A stretch of 64,000 bases of DNA from Octopus sinensis (Eukaryota): the NCBI RefSeq assembly GCF_006345805.1, contig NC_043004.1, forward strand, positions 21,886,001-21,950,000. Reading direction: 5' to 3'. Each line of letters starts with the position of its first letter. Positions within the stretch are counted from its first letter, which is position 1. Shown piece by piece: positions 39,014-54,213 of this stretch. The translations under genes and the position numbers were made by a program. Below the pieces are notes generated by a model, which saw nothing but the letters and a program-made list of their open reading frames with translations, did not search any database and was not told where the DNA came from.

Positions 39014-42000
39014 GTAATATGTTACGTTATATTAGTCTTGTTTCTTATATAGATGGCTTGGAGAAAGCATATGGTGCTCCTTAATATCAATCTGTTTAGT
39101 GGCAACAAATTAATGATGCAGGCCCTAAACGAGAGAGAAAGGACTTTTACTATCGTCTCGCACGAAGATGTAAAACCTTTATTCTCTTCTGAGAAAAACA
39201 AAGGCTACTTAAAAATTTGTAGCGTTAATTTTGTTCTTAGATATTACCTGAGATCGTTTTGGTGTTATAAAGCAAATTGTAGTACTTAACTGATATATGA
39301 GACAACTAATTTGCATATCTGCCATAATCTTCAGACACAGTTATATATGTATAACGATACCATGTCACTAACAAGTCAACAATCTCTCTGTAGCAAGCTT
39401 CACATGCATAATGGAGATTATAGAGATACAGCAGATATCTGTATTTGCTAAAGAGAGTTGTGTCAATTCTAAATAGTCCGTTCCGCTCATATACCTTATG
39501 CATATTTATAAGGGGTGCCATGCATTATTAATACGAAAACTAAGGCTAGCATTCTGTCTATATAGAAGAATATTAATGTGTGACTGTGTGCACCTGTATG
39601 TATGTGTGTGTATGTGTGTGTACATGTGTGTGCGTGCACGCGCGTCTGTACATTTTTATAGTTGTATTTGTGGGTATGGCAAACGGACAGACACACACAC
39701 CTGAACCTCATGCATTCCATTTAACCACTCCAATCGAAGTATATCGAGATATACATTCAGTGAGAACTTAACAACTAATTAAAATCCAGTTGCCCGTATG
39801 GTACATAACTCCGTGAAGTAAATTGGAAAAAGCATCTTTAATATATACATACGAAGAAAATATATCCGTATTTAATTTATATTCAAATTTCCAGAACTTT
39901 AGCATGCTTCTGTGTGAGTGTGTCCTTTCAGCCGGTGTTGGAGAAACAGATTCCCACGAAACCTTGCTATCGACATTAAGAAACCAAGAGGTATTTCATA
40001 TTAAGTGATTAGAACGCATAAGGGAAACGAACCACAATACCTTATATACAAGTGAGAAAATACTATCATGGCTAAATAGCGGAAATACCTCTCCGGTGAT
40101 CCACTGGAAAATATGTTGAATTCAGACTATCGATATACAAGGAGAGACGAACGAAAAAAGGGAATATGAGAAAAATAAACTTCCAGATGAGATACATGTA
40201 CATAAATGCATTTTATCGGTACTTTATGTTTAAGGCAGCTAGCTAACAGAATCGTTAGGGAAATGGGCAACTGGGTTACTTTTTGAGCACACATACTGCC
40301 TTGGTCAACTTTGCTTTTTATCAATTCAAAGTTGATATAATAAAAAATAAATTAGTTTAGCACTGAGACAAACCTACTTCGCACTCTACTTCCTCCAAGA
40401 TTTCAGGCTTTGTTCTTACAGAAGAAAGAATGATTATGCTTAATGTATATTCATACTTTTTAAAATATATTCAGTCTCGTGGTTAATAGAATTGTGGCTA
40501 AACCTAATTTTTATATTTCGGTAAAAATTGAAAGGTACTTATAGAAAAAGCTTTTAGATTGTCTTATTTCTTTTGCCAGTCAAATTCGTGGCTTGAACAG
40601 AATAACATGCAATTGAACATTTTGAAAGTCGAGTGTTATGTTTTTATTCATTTATTTATTTATTTTGCTTTTGAATAATTTAATAAAGATATATAATTTG
40701 TGTCTTTGAACTTTTTTCACGACCACATATTCATTGTAATATATATCTATTCGGATTGGAAGAAAGATATAAATATTAGTATATTTTCATTGGGTGGATA
40801 GATTATTTACTGCTAATAAATGTTTTATTTTTATATAAGAGATTATGGGAGGATAATACTAAAGATAGATTAAATTTTAAAACATTCTAGAAGAAAAATG
40901 TACCAAACAATATTACTTGGGGCAAAAAGCTATTCTTCAAACACAAATATCTAAAAATATTGTCATGATAGTAAAACTCCTACCACATCAGTAAAGACAA
41001 TTTTCTTGTTAATGTGTATCACTAGTGCATGCATGATGTAATCAGTTTGCTAGGATCGAACACGAATAATCTATATATAGACTGCTATAAATATCACTTT
41101 ATCGATCGATGCATAATAGATAACTGAATTTTCAAATATTTCTTTAACATGCAAGGTTGTGTTGAACTCGAACGAAAATAAAACTAAAAAATTTACGGTA
41201 GATAACTATTGTTCTATGTTTCCTATGAAATAAAACACGTAACATAATAATTTCAAATGCAATGAAAACTCGGTGAAAAATGTTGGATGTTATAATCACA
41301 AAACACTGCACTTCAAAATAATCCTGAGTAAAAAGGTCATTATACATAATATGCAGTATTTAATTACTATTTTTTTAATACTTATATAATTATAAAAACT
41401 AGTTTTCGAAGAGAGTATTTTCTCTCTGGAAGCCGATGGCTTCACGTTAGTCGAATATTAAAAACAAGCTGTACTTTGTATCTGTCATCTCATAACACTG
41501 ATGACTATGCATGCATATATGTATACTTCTATTTATGCATATGCATGTATGCATAAACTCAATCTTTATTTTTATCTAGGATATACCTGAGAAGCCATAA
41601 CCAGGAGAATGTTTCTAGTAGGTATTTAATCACTATCTGTAGTTGAATACCCAATAAAAATAAACACAAACAAACAAACAAACAAGTGCACCATTGATTT
41701 TAGCAGCGATATCAAATCGAGTCAGTTTATTTCACATTTAATTTAATTTCCTTAAAGCACGTCTAATTGCAACTTCAACAATTATTGCATTCAGTATCTT
41801 CCGGATATTATAGTACTTTAGGAGAACTGCCAAGATTAACAGGGCATTTAAATCATGCACAAGAAATAAGTTGATTTAGTTCTTTGTTTTTTTTCTGTTT
41901 TTTTTCAGGGAAATACAACTCGTAATAATATTAAGTGGGCCTATGGCGATATATCCTGCACTTAGAGCAATTATTTACTCATACTTCATATCGAGTTAAT

Positions 42001-44000
42001 AATGTGAAGTTGTACGTTGTCGCGTAACCTCGCAGAAATAACGGCCAAACTCTGAAATATTACATCCTCACAGCTTAAAAGCTGAAATGACATTATAATG
42101 TTAAATTTTCTATCAAAGCAAGCCTGAACCAAAAGGACTCGATTTTTCACGGCTGGAACCGATTATCATACGTCATCATTACCCAAGAAATAAGAATATG
42201 AACAAAAGCGACAACACCATCACCAAAAAACAACAACGACGACGACGTCGACGGTGGCAGCAACAAAGCAATAATAACAACAACAGCAGCATCAACAACA
42301 ACTACAAAACGCTCTATTTGAGAATTTTGTTATTGTAGTGAAATTTTTCAATATGAGATTAATGATATTTATTTTCTAAATCTAGCAAAAATATATATCA
42401 GAAAATCGTAAGTGAAACTATTAACAGTAGTTTAATTTATTTTGGGAAATATTACTTTTTAGTTGCAATCTAATATAGGTAAAAATTCAAATGTCAAAAC
42501 CTAACCGTAACTCTAGCTCAATGCAATATATATATATTAGCTTACGCGCGAGGTTAATGCTTTGTTTCCCTTCAATATACTACTTTTAATTGGCTTAGAA
42601 AAGAATCCATCTATGAAGTTTTGACTGTCTACATTCACGTACTAATAAACTAATCCATTATTCCCTCTCTAATATGGCACCACCTCCTGGAAGTCCCGTT
42701 CCACGCACGTTTACTATTTCTGCTGTTATAGACTTACATATGTAAAACTAAGCATTAGCAATATCAGTTTCTGATGACCTGTAACTATCATGTGTCGTAC
42801 CACATCCTTTTGACTAAAACTGTAAATAAATAAATAATATTTTTGGGGTCACCACACCTTTGATTCTGGGGAAAATAATGTCCTACAACCCATCCAGTCG
42901 TTTCCACATAACATTAGATACAATTGATTGTGAAATAAATTTATAAAATTGAATATGTTTTGAAAACATACTTAGTTAGAACAATTACGCTTAATTAATA
43001 TATAAATCTGGTGAAGTTTACAAAACGATGCTAGAACTACTACAAAATTAACCGCATTTAAGACCTGACCTAAATTACAAATTTAGTTAATATTTCAGTA
43101 ATATTATCGGTTTAGAATTTCGACTTGCAATTTTTACTAGCAATCACGGTTTACAGATAAACAGACAAATGTGATATTCAGTCTAATTCATACGCAGGAA
43201 GGATGATTCACAAGATTTCACATATGAATCAAATTGATAACTTTCAAGATAGATGGTTAGACTTGTCAGTTGCAATTTGTGTGAAAAAAAGACATATTTT
43301 ATTAATATTTTTGTCGAAAATTAAATGCAGCTAAGAGTTTTGCAAATTTGATAAATTCGACAAAATAGTTTCAATGAAATTAGTATCAATTTAAGATGTC
43401 ACTTTATATAAAACTTAATTACATAAGTTGAAATTTCTAAGTGAGTAGCTTTATGAGCAAACTGTTGCTAACTAAAATTTCGATAACAACTCGAACAATA
43501 TTTAATGAAATATTTAACAGTAAAATTTCAGTTTCAAACAAGGACACTTATTCACTTTTTATTCAACTAAAGAGACACACATACACCGACTCGAAGATAT
43601 ATTTACTAATACATAATGTTCACACGCTAGCAAACATATACACACGCATATATATTTATATGTATATGCACGTAAGTTTGTGTGTGCGTAACCGTGCGCG
43701 TGTAGACACACACACACACATACACACACACACACATATATATACGTACACAGACATAATTTTGATTAAAACATGCACCATTTATCTGCAGTGAAGGGTG
43801 TTTCTTTCTGGGTTCATGATATTAGTGGATGTGACTAATATTTATACATATGCCGTTCTGAGGAAGAAACATCTTGTAAGTTGTAAACTTCGACATATAA
43901 AACTAGACAAATGAGTCGAGCTTCCTTTTTTTTTGATTTTCAAACATCTTAGGTCACCTTACTACTACTACGACTACTACTACTGCTGCTACTGCTGCTG

Positions 44001-44040
<40 letters not shown>

Positions 44041-44192
44041 ACACCACCACCACTACTACTACCACCACCACCACACCACCACCACCACCACCACTACCGC
44101 CACCAAATGTATATATATATATATGCATCTCTAATATATACATATGTGTACATCTTCACATATATATTTCCTTCTATTACTAAGTACTGACC

Positions 44193-44415
44193 TATTTCTT
44201 TACTACCCACAAGGGGATAAATACAGAGGGGACAAACAATGACAGACACACGGATTAAGTAGATTATATCGACCCCAGTACTTATTTAATCGACCCCGAA
44301 AGGATGAAAGGCAAAGTCGACCTCTGCGGAATTTGAACTCAGAACGTAACGGCAGACGAAATACGGCTACACATTTCGCCCGGCGTGCTAACGTTTCTGC
44401 CAGCTCGCCGCCCTA
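44193..44415 (-). mobile_element. Tailed tRNA-SINE with 15-bp TSD
   Basis: TACTAAGTACTGACC at 44178-44192 and 44416-44430. Confidence 0.92.
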
Positions 44416-45166
44416 TACTAAGTACTGACCTGTCCAACTACTTAATCTATATTCCTAAATTCTTCACTCCATACTAATACCACTCTCTCTGCCCCATCAC
44501 TTAGACTCTATCACTACGTAACTGTCACCCCTGTACTTTTTATGCCTCCCTCTCTTTCTCACCCTGCATTCTTTCTATCTTTTTACACTCTAATACCTTT
44601 ATCTCCGTATTACCCTCATCTCCACATTCCTACTTTCAAATTATCTTGACTGACCACTAACTGGTACACTTTCCCTTATTATCTCTCTCCTTGTTTTTCT
44701 TTTTTCTCTTTTCTTCCTATTTTTTCTTCTTTTCTTTTTTCTCTTTTCTTTATTCCTCTCTTCCTGTTTTCGATTTGACCTTACAAATACATTCACTACT
44801 TTTAGGTCACTTTCAATAAAACCCTTGATTCAATAGCACTATGTACAAACTCTATACTTGGAAGGACAATTCTAAATACTATTGGATTTACTCACAAGAT
44901 ATTGCAATCTTATATGTATACGATTCTGCCTCAATAATGGATCTATAAATGCAATATCCCCGCATATCTCACATCTACTTTCTTTCCTCCACTTCACTCT
45001 CTATTTCGTATCTTATCTAAATTAACTATTGCTTAACCATCTTCTCTCACCGTTTCCAATGAAGGGATATAATAAATATGTTGGAAACAGCTGTAAGACG
45101 TATTTATAAATGTCTAAAATCTTCACAGCCTTAGTTTTTTTATCTCATTCTGAAAAAATTTTTACG

Positions 45167-45294
<128 letters not shown>

Positions 45295-45603
45295 GTGTGT
45301 GTGTGTGTGTTAATTCCTTTACTTGTTACAGTCATTTGAATACGATCATGCTGGAGCACGTCATTGAAGGGTTTTGTAGTTGAACAATTGTTTAAGTCAA
45401 GTACTTATTGTGTCTTTCTCTATGTAACTTTCGCCGGACAGTTATGTTACGGTACGTAAACACACCAGCATCGGTTGTGCGCGTATGTATGTATATATAT
45501 ATGTATATGTACATACATATATGTGTGTATGGAGGTACGTACATATATATATATGCATATATATATATGCATATATATATACATGCATATATATATACAT
45601 ACG

Positions 45604-45692
<89 letters not shown>

Positions 45693-48446
45693 ACTGTTAG
45701 ATGTCATTTTATACTGACACATAAAAGAAACAATTTAGCGATACAGAAAGAGCCACATTCCGATCAATGCGGATATTAAGAATTGCAAATCGATGCATTC
45801 AATTATATAGTACTACATTTTGCTGGTGATTCGTGTTATTTTCTTCATAAAATCATTGCTTTGATCATTTTTCAGTGTTTGTTCACAAATAGTTCTTCAA
45901 TTTCCGAATGCTTCTCTTGTTAGCATGACTGGATTTTAGACACAACCTAGTCCAATACATTTTGCAATTACTAGTGAAACTTCAATGAAATACATTGCGA
46001 ATCTTTGTAATACTGTTTTGATAATTTTCATGTATCTATAATATTCGCATATCAAACTAATAAACTGTATTATCTAAATATCATATAATGAAACTGACCG
46101 TAACTTTGCCACACTCCAATTCAGCCTATTCTCAGCTTTGAATATAAATTCTTTAAAGAAAAATTGAAACAAATAATATATTAAAGATACAATTCCCAAT
46201 GTGAATGCAGCGCTACATTTCTCCATGAACATCTTGAATTATTCAAAATTCGTTTTCTTTCATAGTTATGGTTCCCTTTTCAATTACTCTGACGTAACCT
46301 TTGTGTTCTACAAAGGTTACTCAGCTTTATGCTATAAACTTCTCGTGAAATGTGTTTCTCATAACAATAAAGAAAGAAAACAGCTATTATTTCAGCTCAC
46401 GTTTCGTCTCATTGTTTACCTCTGCTTATTAAATGATTTTCTAAAGGATATTTCACATTGGTCATGTCTGGTGGTCTTATCTTAGACAAAACAATCAATT
46501 AATCGTTAGATATGCATGAGCAGTCTTGATGTTGGTATTTTTTTCCGGAATCTTATTACTTTCTTTCGTAGGAAGTGCTTATCTAAAGAACCTTTTGTAA
46601 GCAGCATGGGTTTGGTCGATTGACTTAACCCCAGTGTGACGAATAACGAGGAGAAGAGTGGGAAGAAATTCTATAAGTTTTATTCAGTAATCAATTTGAT
46701 TTATCATTTCATTTATATCTGCAGATTTAAGTAAGCACCCGAGGAAAGAATATACATTGGGAAGGCACCATGTTGTACATCTTTGCAACTTTCAGTTATC
46801 AGAAACATACTTAATGGCACGCCTATTTACAATCATTTTCATAGGTTACAACACACACCCACACAGATACAGAAACGCGCACAAGCGAAGTGAAAGTGAA
46901 AGTACTAATAACAGTGGTAACAATACAAGAAGAAAATAATCTGTCAGCTATAACTGCTAGGTATAGATTCTGATAGAATACCTACTACTCAAGGCGTAGT
47001 CTTTGTCTTCACGGAGCTAACAAAATACACATAAATAAAAAGCATTTATGTGTTGGTTTTGCTAGTGAGAAAAAACCCAAATCTCTGTCAACTCTTTAGA
47101 AAGGTACTCATTAGAAAATATATCTCTAACACCTTCAACCCTGAAACCGCTCTTTGAAAATTGATTTGTTTCTAAACAACAAACATAATTAGAAATCGTT
47201 CCATTTACCGCTTCTCTGAGAAATGTTTGATATGGTACCGAGAAGAAAAAAAAATTGAATATTATATATTACACAGTACCATCTTTTGTTCACTGCTAAA
47301 TGTCAAATATTAAAAAATATATAGATTAAAGCAAAACAAAATGGTTCTAACATGCCATATGCAATTGTAATAGCCGGAGTCTTAAGTAACCATTTAGTAA
47401 AGGACATTCACAAATTGCATATAATATAATAAGGATTTTCTTAGCCAATTTGAACCTAACTTTTTTCTATTCTTACTATATAAAGATTCAGTGAAAGCTT
47501 TCTCATGCTTTAGCGAAATACCTTTTCAACGTACAAAAGTCTTGAAATTGAAATAAGCATCATATGTAGATTGAAAGCAAGCATAACACTAATAACATTT
47601 GGAGATTAGTAAATATATTTGGTATAAAAGGAATACATGAGCAAAAGGAACTGAGCGTAGGTCGTAAAGAGTGTAAGTTCTTAAGTTTTACGTACGTGAA
47701 TATCCAAGTCATTTTATCCCTTGCTATAAAGTGTCTATATTATGTCCAAATGCAGTTCTTCATTTATTGGATATTAGAATATATCCTCAGATATTAACTA
47801 AAGTGAATCGGTAACTATTGCCATTTGAGCAATAAACTGATGACATTCCGATATGAAAACTGAGGCTAATTTTTTTTAAGTATCTATCGAACACGGCCTA
47901 TGATACGAATGTTGAACAGTGATACGGGACGGGATAATGCCGAGAAAGATCTAAAAATTGAAAAGAAATGTATGTAAAAATAAACCTGTACGAATAATAA
48001 GTGTTCCACTATAAATGATAAAGAACAGCATGAACAAATATATAGGAACCCTATCAGGATCCACAACTCTATGCATATCACTCAAACTAGTCTCAATATG
48101 TATAATTCGCATTTTATACAATGCCCTCTCATATCAACAACACAACTCGCAAACCTTGCTGCACATATCACACGTAATACAATTTAATATACAACAATCA
48201 CCACATAAAATAACTAATATAATCAATTCTCGATTATATTACACATCTCCTACACCACCAACAAATCACATAATTCATGCTACACAATAATATAACTTAA
48301 GTCTAACCATTTTACGTATAACGTACTTGTGTAATGTGACAGATGTGGTAATAGTTATCAAATAGGTGTAACATTATTTCGGCAATATCAAATAGTAATT
48401 AGCTAACTGCCCATAACTTTATATACTTGCTAAATTTGAGAATATA

Positions 48447-48997
48447 TTGGGTTGTCCGGAAAGTTCGTGCCGATTTATAGTAGCTTAAATTTCGACTTAT
48501 TTTAGAACATGGTTGAGTCCATAAAATAGGATTTAACAACACCTCCATTTAGAGCACAGTTTAAGATACCTTTTCATGGAAGAATGTTTATGTTCCTATA
48601 ACCTGTGTTAATTCTGTAACCCTTTAAAATGGAAGATAAGAAAGTTCAATTTCGGCACTTGATGCTTTGGGAACCAGACAAAAATTACTGCAGTTACCCC
48701 ACACTCCATATTCACCAGATATTGCTCCTTCGGATTTCCACTTATTCAGGTCTCTTTAGAATAGTCTTAATGGTAAAAATTTCAATTCCTTGGATGACGT
48801 AAAAGATACTTTGATGAATTGTTTGCCTTGAAACCACCTCAATTCTGGGAAGAGTGTATTTTCAAGTTAAAGGAAAGATGGAGACGCATTATGCAACAAA
48901 ATGGTTCATATTTGGTCGATTAAAAAATGTAATGGCAAGTATTTATTCATCTTTTTCTTTCCTTTAAAAATTGGCACGAACTTTCCGAACAACCCAA
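48447..48997 (+). mobile_element. Internally deleted mariner with both TIRs and TA TSD
   Basis: TIRs TTGGGTTGTCCGGAAAGTTCGTGCC and GGCACGAACTTTCCGAACAACCCAA, with TA at 48445-46 and 48998-99. ATG at 48629 gives MEDKKVQFRHLMLWE, joined to PYSPDIAPSDFHLFRSL...WRRIMQQNGSYLVD*. Confidence 0.93.
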
Positions 48998-49969
48998 TAT
49001 AAATTAATGTTTCATTCTTAATTTTCAACTAAATCATCATAATAAACCTTAAATTCACTGGGGTTTTTTTCTGTTTCGTAAATTTTTCAAGACTTGTATC
49101 ATGAAAGTAAGGAATTTAGAATTGACATCGTTAAGCAATATATTATAAACAACTATATGTTTCTTAAGTTATCTTGATATGACATACGTTTGATGAGGTT
49201 GGGTGTCCGAGGGAATTGAGAGAGTTGTTTGAACATATATTTCAGAAATCTCTCTAGCTATTATGTTTCCCTGCCATGCTGTCTAAGTGATTATAAATAG
49301 GTGAAGGAGAAAAGCATTTATTCAGCTTAGTAGGCAATCTGAAACTGAGTTGGTAAGACCAAATGTTTGCAAATATTAGGTATAATACAAATGATAGCTT
49401 AACCTATTCTCATATCATTTCTCTCCATCACATCGATCTCTAGCTAAACTAGAATAAGGAAAATGCGGAAAAGTTTGTTTGAGTCTGGAATTATTGATCC
49501 TACTTTAATGGATTTGACTTTCATCAGGTTTAACACACTCAGTTGTAGTTGTATGTTTGTGGATTAAATGGCAGAAATATATAGAACACAAAGAAATCGG
49601 TTATTTGGTAGATCAGGGTTAATTCTTCAGACAGATCGGTTTTCAAATTGCTTAGTAACGGAACTCTGAAATATCTTTGGTAAATATCTTCTACATGCAA
49701 CTATTAAAAGTGTTCGCTTTTAGTACATTCGAATGCCTGAACATCAGCTAGCGCACAAATTTCTATTTAAATATATTTCCATTAAGTGATTTCGGAAACA
49801 TTTGAAGTGAAATCGGTACTATTTTTGACAGGAAAATACAGTTTCTAATTCACTGATGTTATAACATGGATATATTTTCGTATTGGTGTTATTAATAACT
49901 CGTTGTGTATTGGTCTATTCCTATAATAAATGAGTATCCATGCACACATGCGCACGCTTGTATATATAT

Positions 49970-50012
<43 letters not shown>

Positions 50013-50093
50013 TCAATGTATCATGTCTCCGAAAACGAAACACCGTAAAACATACTGCAGTAATATATTTAAAATAATTAAATTTGTATTATA

Positions 50094-50205
50094 TCCGGGC
50101 ATAGAGTGACCAATGGTTTCGCATCTACAAAGGCTTCAGATTCACGAACGTCAACGAGGCTAAAACCTTTGTAGATGCGAGGCCATTCCTAACTCTATGA
50201 CCGGA
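50094..50205. mobile_element. Short palindromic MITE-like element
   Basis: tccgg.catagagt...cgcatctacaaagg pairs with cctttgtagatgcg...actctatg.ccgga. Confidence 0.6.
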
Positions 50206-50302
50206 CTTAAACTTAATTACTTTTAATACACACACACAAGCACGCATACAGACCTTCACACATATATGTATGTGTTTGTGCATATATATATATATATATT
50301 AT

Positions 50303-50349
<47 letters not shown>

Positions 50350-51907
50350 ACACATTCTGGCTTGAGTCATGGACACTAGCCTTTTTTTTAAGCTGAAAGA
50401 TTTTTGCACCCACGTCCATCCTGTGACAGGTGGTCTTGATACCAAAGATAAGATTCCAGAGAAGATTCCAAATGTATCCCTATGTTTATATATGCATGCA
50501 TGTGCATGTATAAACAAATGTATTCATCGTATTTGTGAGTGTGTGTGTGTGTCTGTGTATGTGTGTGTGTCTGTGTATGTGTGTGTGTATGCATATGTAT
50601 ACTCTTTTTACAGCACTTTCAAGTTTCGAGGTGACCACAACACAATAACTCAAGAAAGAACACAATCCCTTTAGTAGTGTAAATAGTTATTGTATAATGT
50701 CTATTGATCCAGCATACTGTATTCGGTCTCTAGTAGTTTTATGCTATTATTCTTCCATATGTTATGGGTGATGTTGGTTAACCGAGCATCTTTTCTTCCA
50801 CAAAGAGTATGATGCAATATTGTCAATGGGCCACAAATGTAAATCGTTCGGCTATGATACCGACCTCCGTGATTCCTCACATGAAACTACATTTGAAGAA
50901 GATGCTAATCATATCACAGTCTTAAGCGCATTCCTTCTCTATAACCGGTAGTTACATGTCAACCTTTCAAATACTCAAATATATTCGTTCCCTTTCAGGA
51001 ATAGGAAACCAACAGACGTCTTTATATTAAATGCTCTAAAGCACTATACCCACCCAGGCTAATTTGCAGTGACCTTGCATTGCAGTTTCCTTTTTATAGG
51101 AGCATATCGAAAGCACCAGATTGAAAGTCGGGTCTCGGAACCCTATCCTATTACAACTTATCAATAGATGAGGAGCCACGTCACACTTATTTAGCCCTAT
51201 AGTTTGATCTTGTACTTTTCGTCTGCGAAATATGCATGTCCAGTCTGGGATCAACTCATGCCTAAAACATTTACGAGGTATTGAATAACATTTGGTGCCT
51301 GACCACAATTCAATGAAACCGTCAGTCTCAAATAAATCATAATTGCTGGGTATTAAAAATAAAGTTACCTCGAGTCATACCGAGACATAAAGGCTGGTTT
51401 CTCGGTTTCATGGCGTACATATTCCCCAGATGAACGGAACGCCAATCCGTCGTAGGATTACTCGTTTTTTGATAGCTGAGTGACTGGAGCAACGTGAAAT
51501 GGAGTGTTTTGCTCAAGAACACAACATATTGCCCGGTACAGAAATTGAAACCACAATCTTACCATCAGGAATCTAACACCCTAACCACTAGGCCACGTGT
51601 TTCCACGTTCTTAGGTATTTCTCCAGCAGATATATGGAAACTGGCTAGTGGTGTCCAAATGACAAAACCTGCTATTTATAATCACCACTTCTTCCGTGGT
51701 CTTCAACCCTCAGCCCAACAACTGAAGTCAAGAAGCCGAAGCCTCTACAGTCATGTCCAGAAGCCAAAGAAGAACCCTCCACCAACTGACAAGCAAATAT
51801 TCCACCACAGTCCTCTAAAGATCACCCTTCTGGTTAAGAAACACCATGGATTGAGAGGAAGAAACTCAACTGCGTGAAAATGAGATCGAGAGGATCGAAA
51901 GTTGCTT

Positions 51908-53164
51908 CCGGGTCTAGTTGTTATACGGGTAATTTGTTACAAGCCCATTGTTTCCAACCTCAAGAAATAGGTGGCACTCGGATCTCTACCTCGTGAAGGC
52001 CAACTCCATAGCATCATGAATGCACACGTGTATTGCAGTGGCGGGCTGTCACCAGGAATGTTTTGGCTCAAAAAACGATTTTTTACTCCAAAAGTGAAAT
52101 TTTACCACAAAGTTATTTCCTTAACTACTAAAGCGCAAACGGTGTTACTGAAGTAGTTTGTGGTACATTTGGAAGTGTTGGAAGTTGCCTTCGATACATG
52201 AAGGTGTGTCCTGGATAATCCCCAGAATTCCATGGTCGGAGCTAAATGTTACAGTGTATCAACTTACCGTAGGTATGTAACAACTTACTCTTTCTATATC
52301 AATTTAACACGCCATGATTAGAAATTACAAAAGGAAAACTATAAGGGGGGATACCATACCTGATGTCATGGGAAGAGCCACCAGAAAAGTTGTGGAATAA
52401 AAAATGTATTACGGGATGTTGCCGTAAAACAGCGCATAGTGGATGAAATACACGAACTGAAATCCAAACCAAAGAAGGCAACTGGTACAGAAAAGGTAAG
52501 AATGGGAAAGAGAAAGTCTACTAAAACAGGTAAAGAGAAAGGGAAGCAGCCTCGCAGCAAGCAAGTCATCTATTGGAAATACTTTGTCTGCTCATATTTG
52601 TTTTCCAACTCCTTTCCAGGTGAAGAATGGGGGCAATGCATGATCTGTAAAGACTGGGCACATACTGACTGTACCGATGGACGACAGGACTTTCTGTGTG
52701 ATCCGTGTGGTGAGTCGTTAATGGAGGACGATTCTGACTACATGACACATGTAACAAAGGGGAAATTGGCTGATGAGGGCTCTCAGTATCACAGTCAGGA
52801 TATGAAGTGGTTCAAAGCACAGTTAATTAATTAAAACAATACTTCCTAGATGTAAGAAGCAGGAGACGTATTCATTTTAAATTTGTTTGTTAACAGGATT
52901 CTGAGTTATCGGCACTTGTAAGAAAGTACCCCCAGTAAGTGTCACAACGTACCCCGCACTCGGGGGAAATTGTTACAGCTGACACCACTTCATTAATGAG
53001 AACCTGTCTAATTAATGTTATGTAATTTCTGCTTTTTTGCTGGTGATAACAATAAATAGAGATGTTTCATTAATTAAATATGAAAAGAAACTTCAGCTGT
53101 GTTCTTTTATGTGGATGCCAAGGAAAAAAAAGGAAAAAGTGTAATAACTAGACCCGGTCTCCCC
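51908..53164 (+). mobile_element. Internally deleted pogo/Tigger-like DNA transposon (HTH_psq-like start fused to C-terminal PHD-like finger)
   Basis: ATG at 52314 gives MIRNYKRKTIRG..VMGRATRKVVE (pogo-like MVRNYKRKT start). ORF 52439-52834 ends EEWGQCMICKDWAHTDC...FLCDPC. Inverted ends are ccgggtctagttgttatac (51908-51926) and gtgtaataactagacccgg (53139-53157, 17/19), then tctcccc|TA. Confidence 0.8.
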
Positions 53165-54147
53165 TACATTGGGATGTGGAAAAGCAAATGATACAGTGGA
53201 ACACCAGCTTGTGTGGACTTTATTAGCCAAGACCTGAAGCAACGGGATCTTGTAGAATTAAGCAAAATATAAAAATGTGCAAAGAAAAAAGAAATTGTTA
53301 TCTGTCCAATACGCTTCGAAGTCTCTAAAGAAAAAAAGTCTTTACTTGCGATTTGTTTTGAGTTGGGGATGGTGATCTAGTGGAATAAAATTTATGCGGT
53401 ATTTTCACGAATACAACACGGCTACTTTCTAGCAGACCAAACATATGCTTTTTGAAATATTTATATATATACAATAGCAAACTTAAGCACATATACATAC
53501 ATGCAGGCACTTCTATACACGCTAGCACACTAACACACACACACACACTATTTAACAAATAGCTAATTAAAAGAAGATATTTCAATATAACCTCTGGTCT
53601 TTCAAGTATGCACACAATACACGCATGCACTCGCTCTTAGTGTACATACACTGCCAAATGTTAATTCAAAAAAAGGTCTGCGCAAGCCAAGAGGAGAATT
53701 GAATATCTACATAGTTTTAGATTGCATAGAACATATAAACAAATGTTTATATATACAATCACATGCGCACCCCTACCTACAGAGAGAGAGGGTCGCAATT
53801 TATATACATGAAGTAACAAGTTATCAGGCAAGGGTATATATTCTTAAAAGCACAATTAATTAATATTGTTTATTCTTATGAGTTGCAAAGTCTTTCAGCC
53901 TCACGGCATGATCATTATTACTATGCATTGAGAAATGTACATTTCTTTACTCAATACATCCTCTGTAAAACGTTGCCGTGGGCTGAAATGTTTTGCAAAT
54001 CATAAGAATAAACAACATTTATTCTATATATTCTATATATTACTTCTTTTGAAATATATATTTTAATTGTAGATTCTGTTGTAATTATGCGCATACTCTT
54101 ACTCACGCTAATACATATACACACCCACGGACGTATCTACATATATG

Positions 54148-54213
<66 letters not shown>

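Noticed and set aside
39930-39988. Phase-compatible mini exon (tttcag|CCGGTG...CAAGAG|gtattt; AGVGETDSHETLLSTLRNQE)
   Set aside because: It has splice-like ends and an open frame, but no resemblance to the expected V-I-x-C continuation of the NPR domain, so it is likely chance.
41880-42000. Strong polypyrimidine acceptor with a VIILSGP-like peptide
   Set aside because: The required phase hits a stop after 5 codons. The suggestive peptide is in the wrong phase and lacks a donor.
50760-51310. Possible very old RT remnant on the minus strand
   Set aside because: There are only vague motif echoes and I could not place colinear RT motifs.
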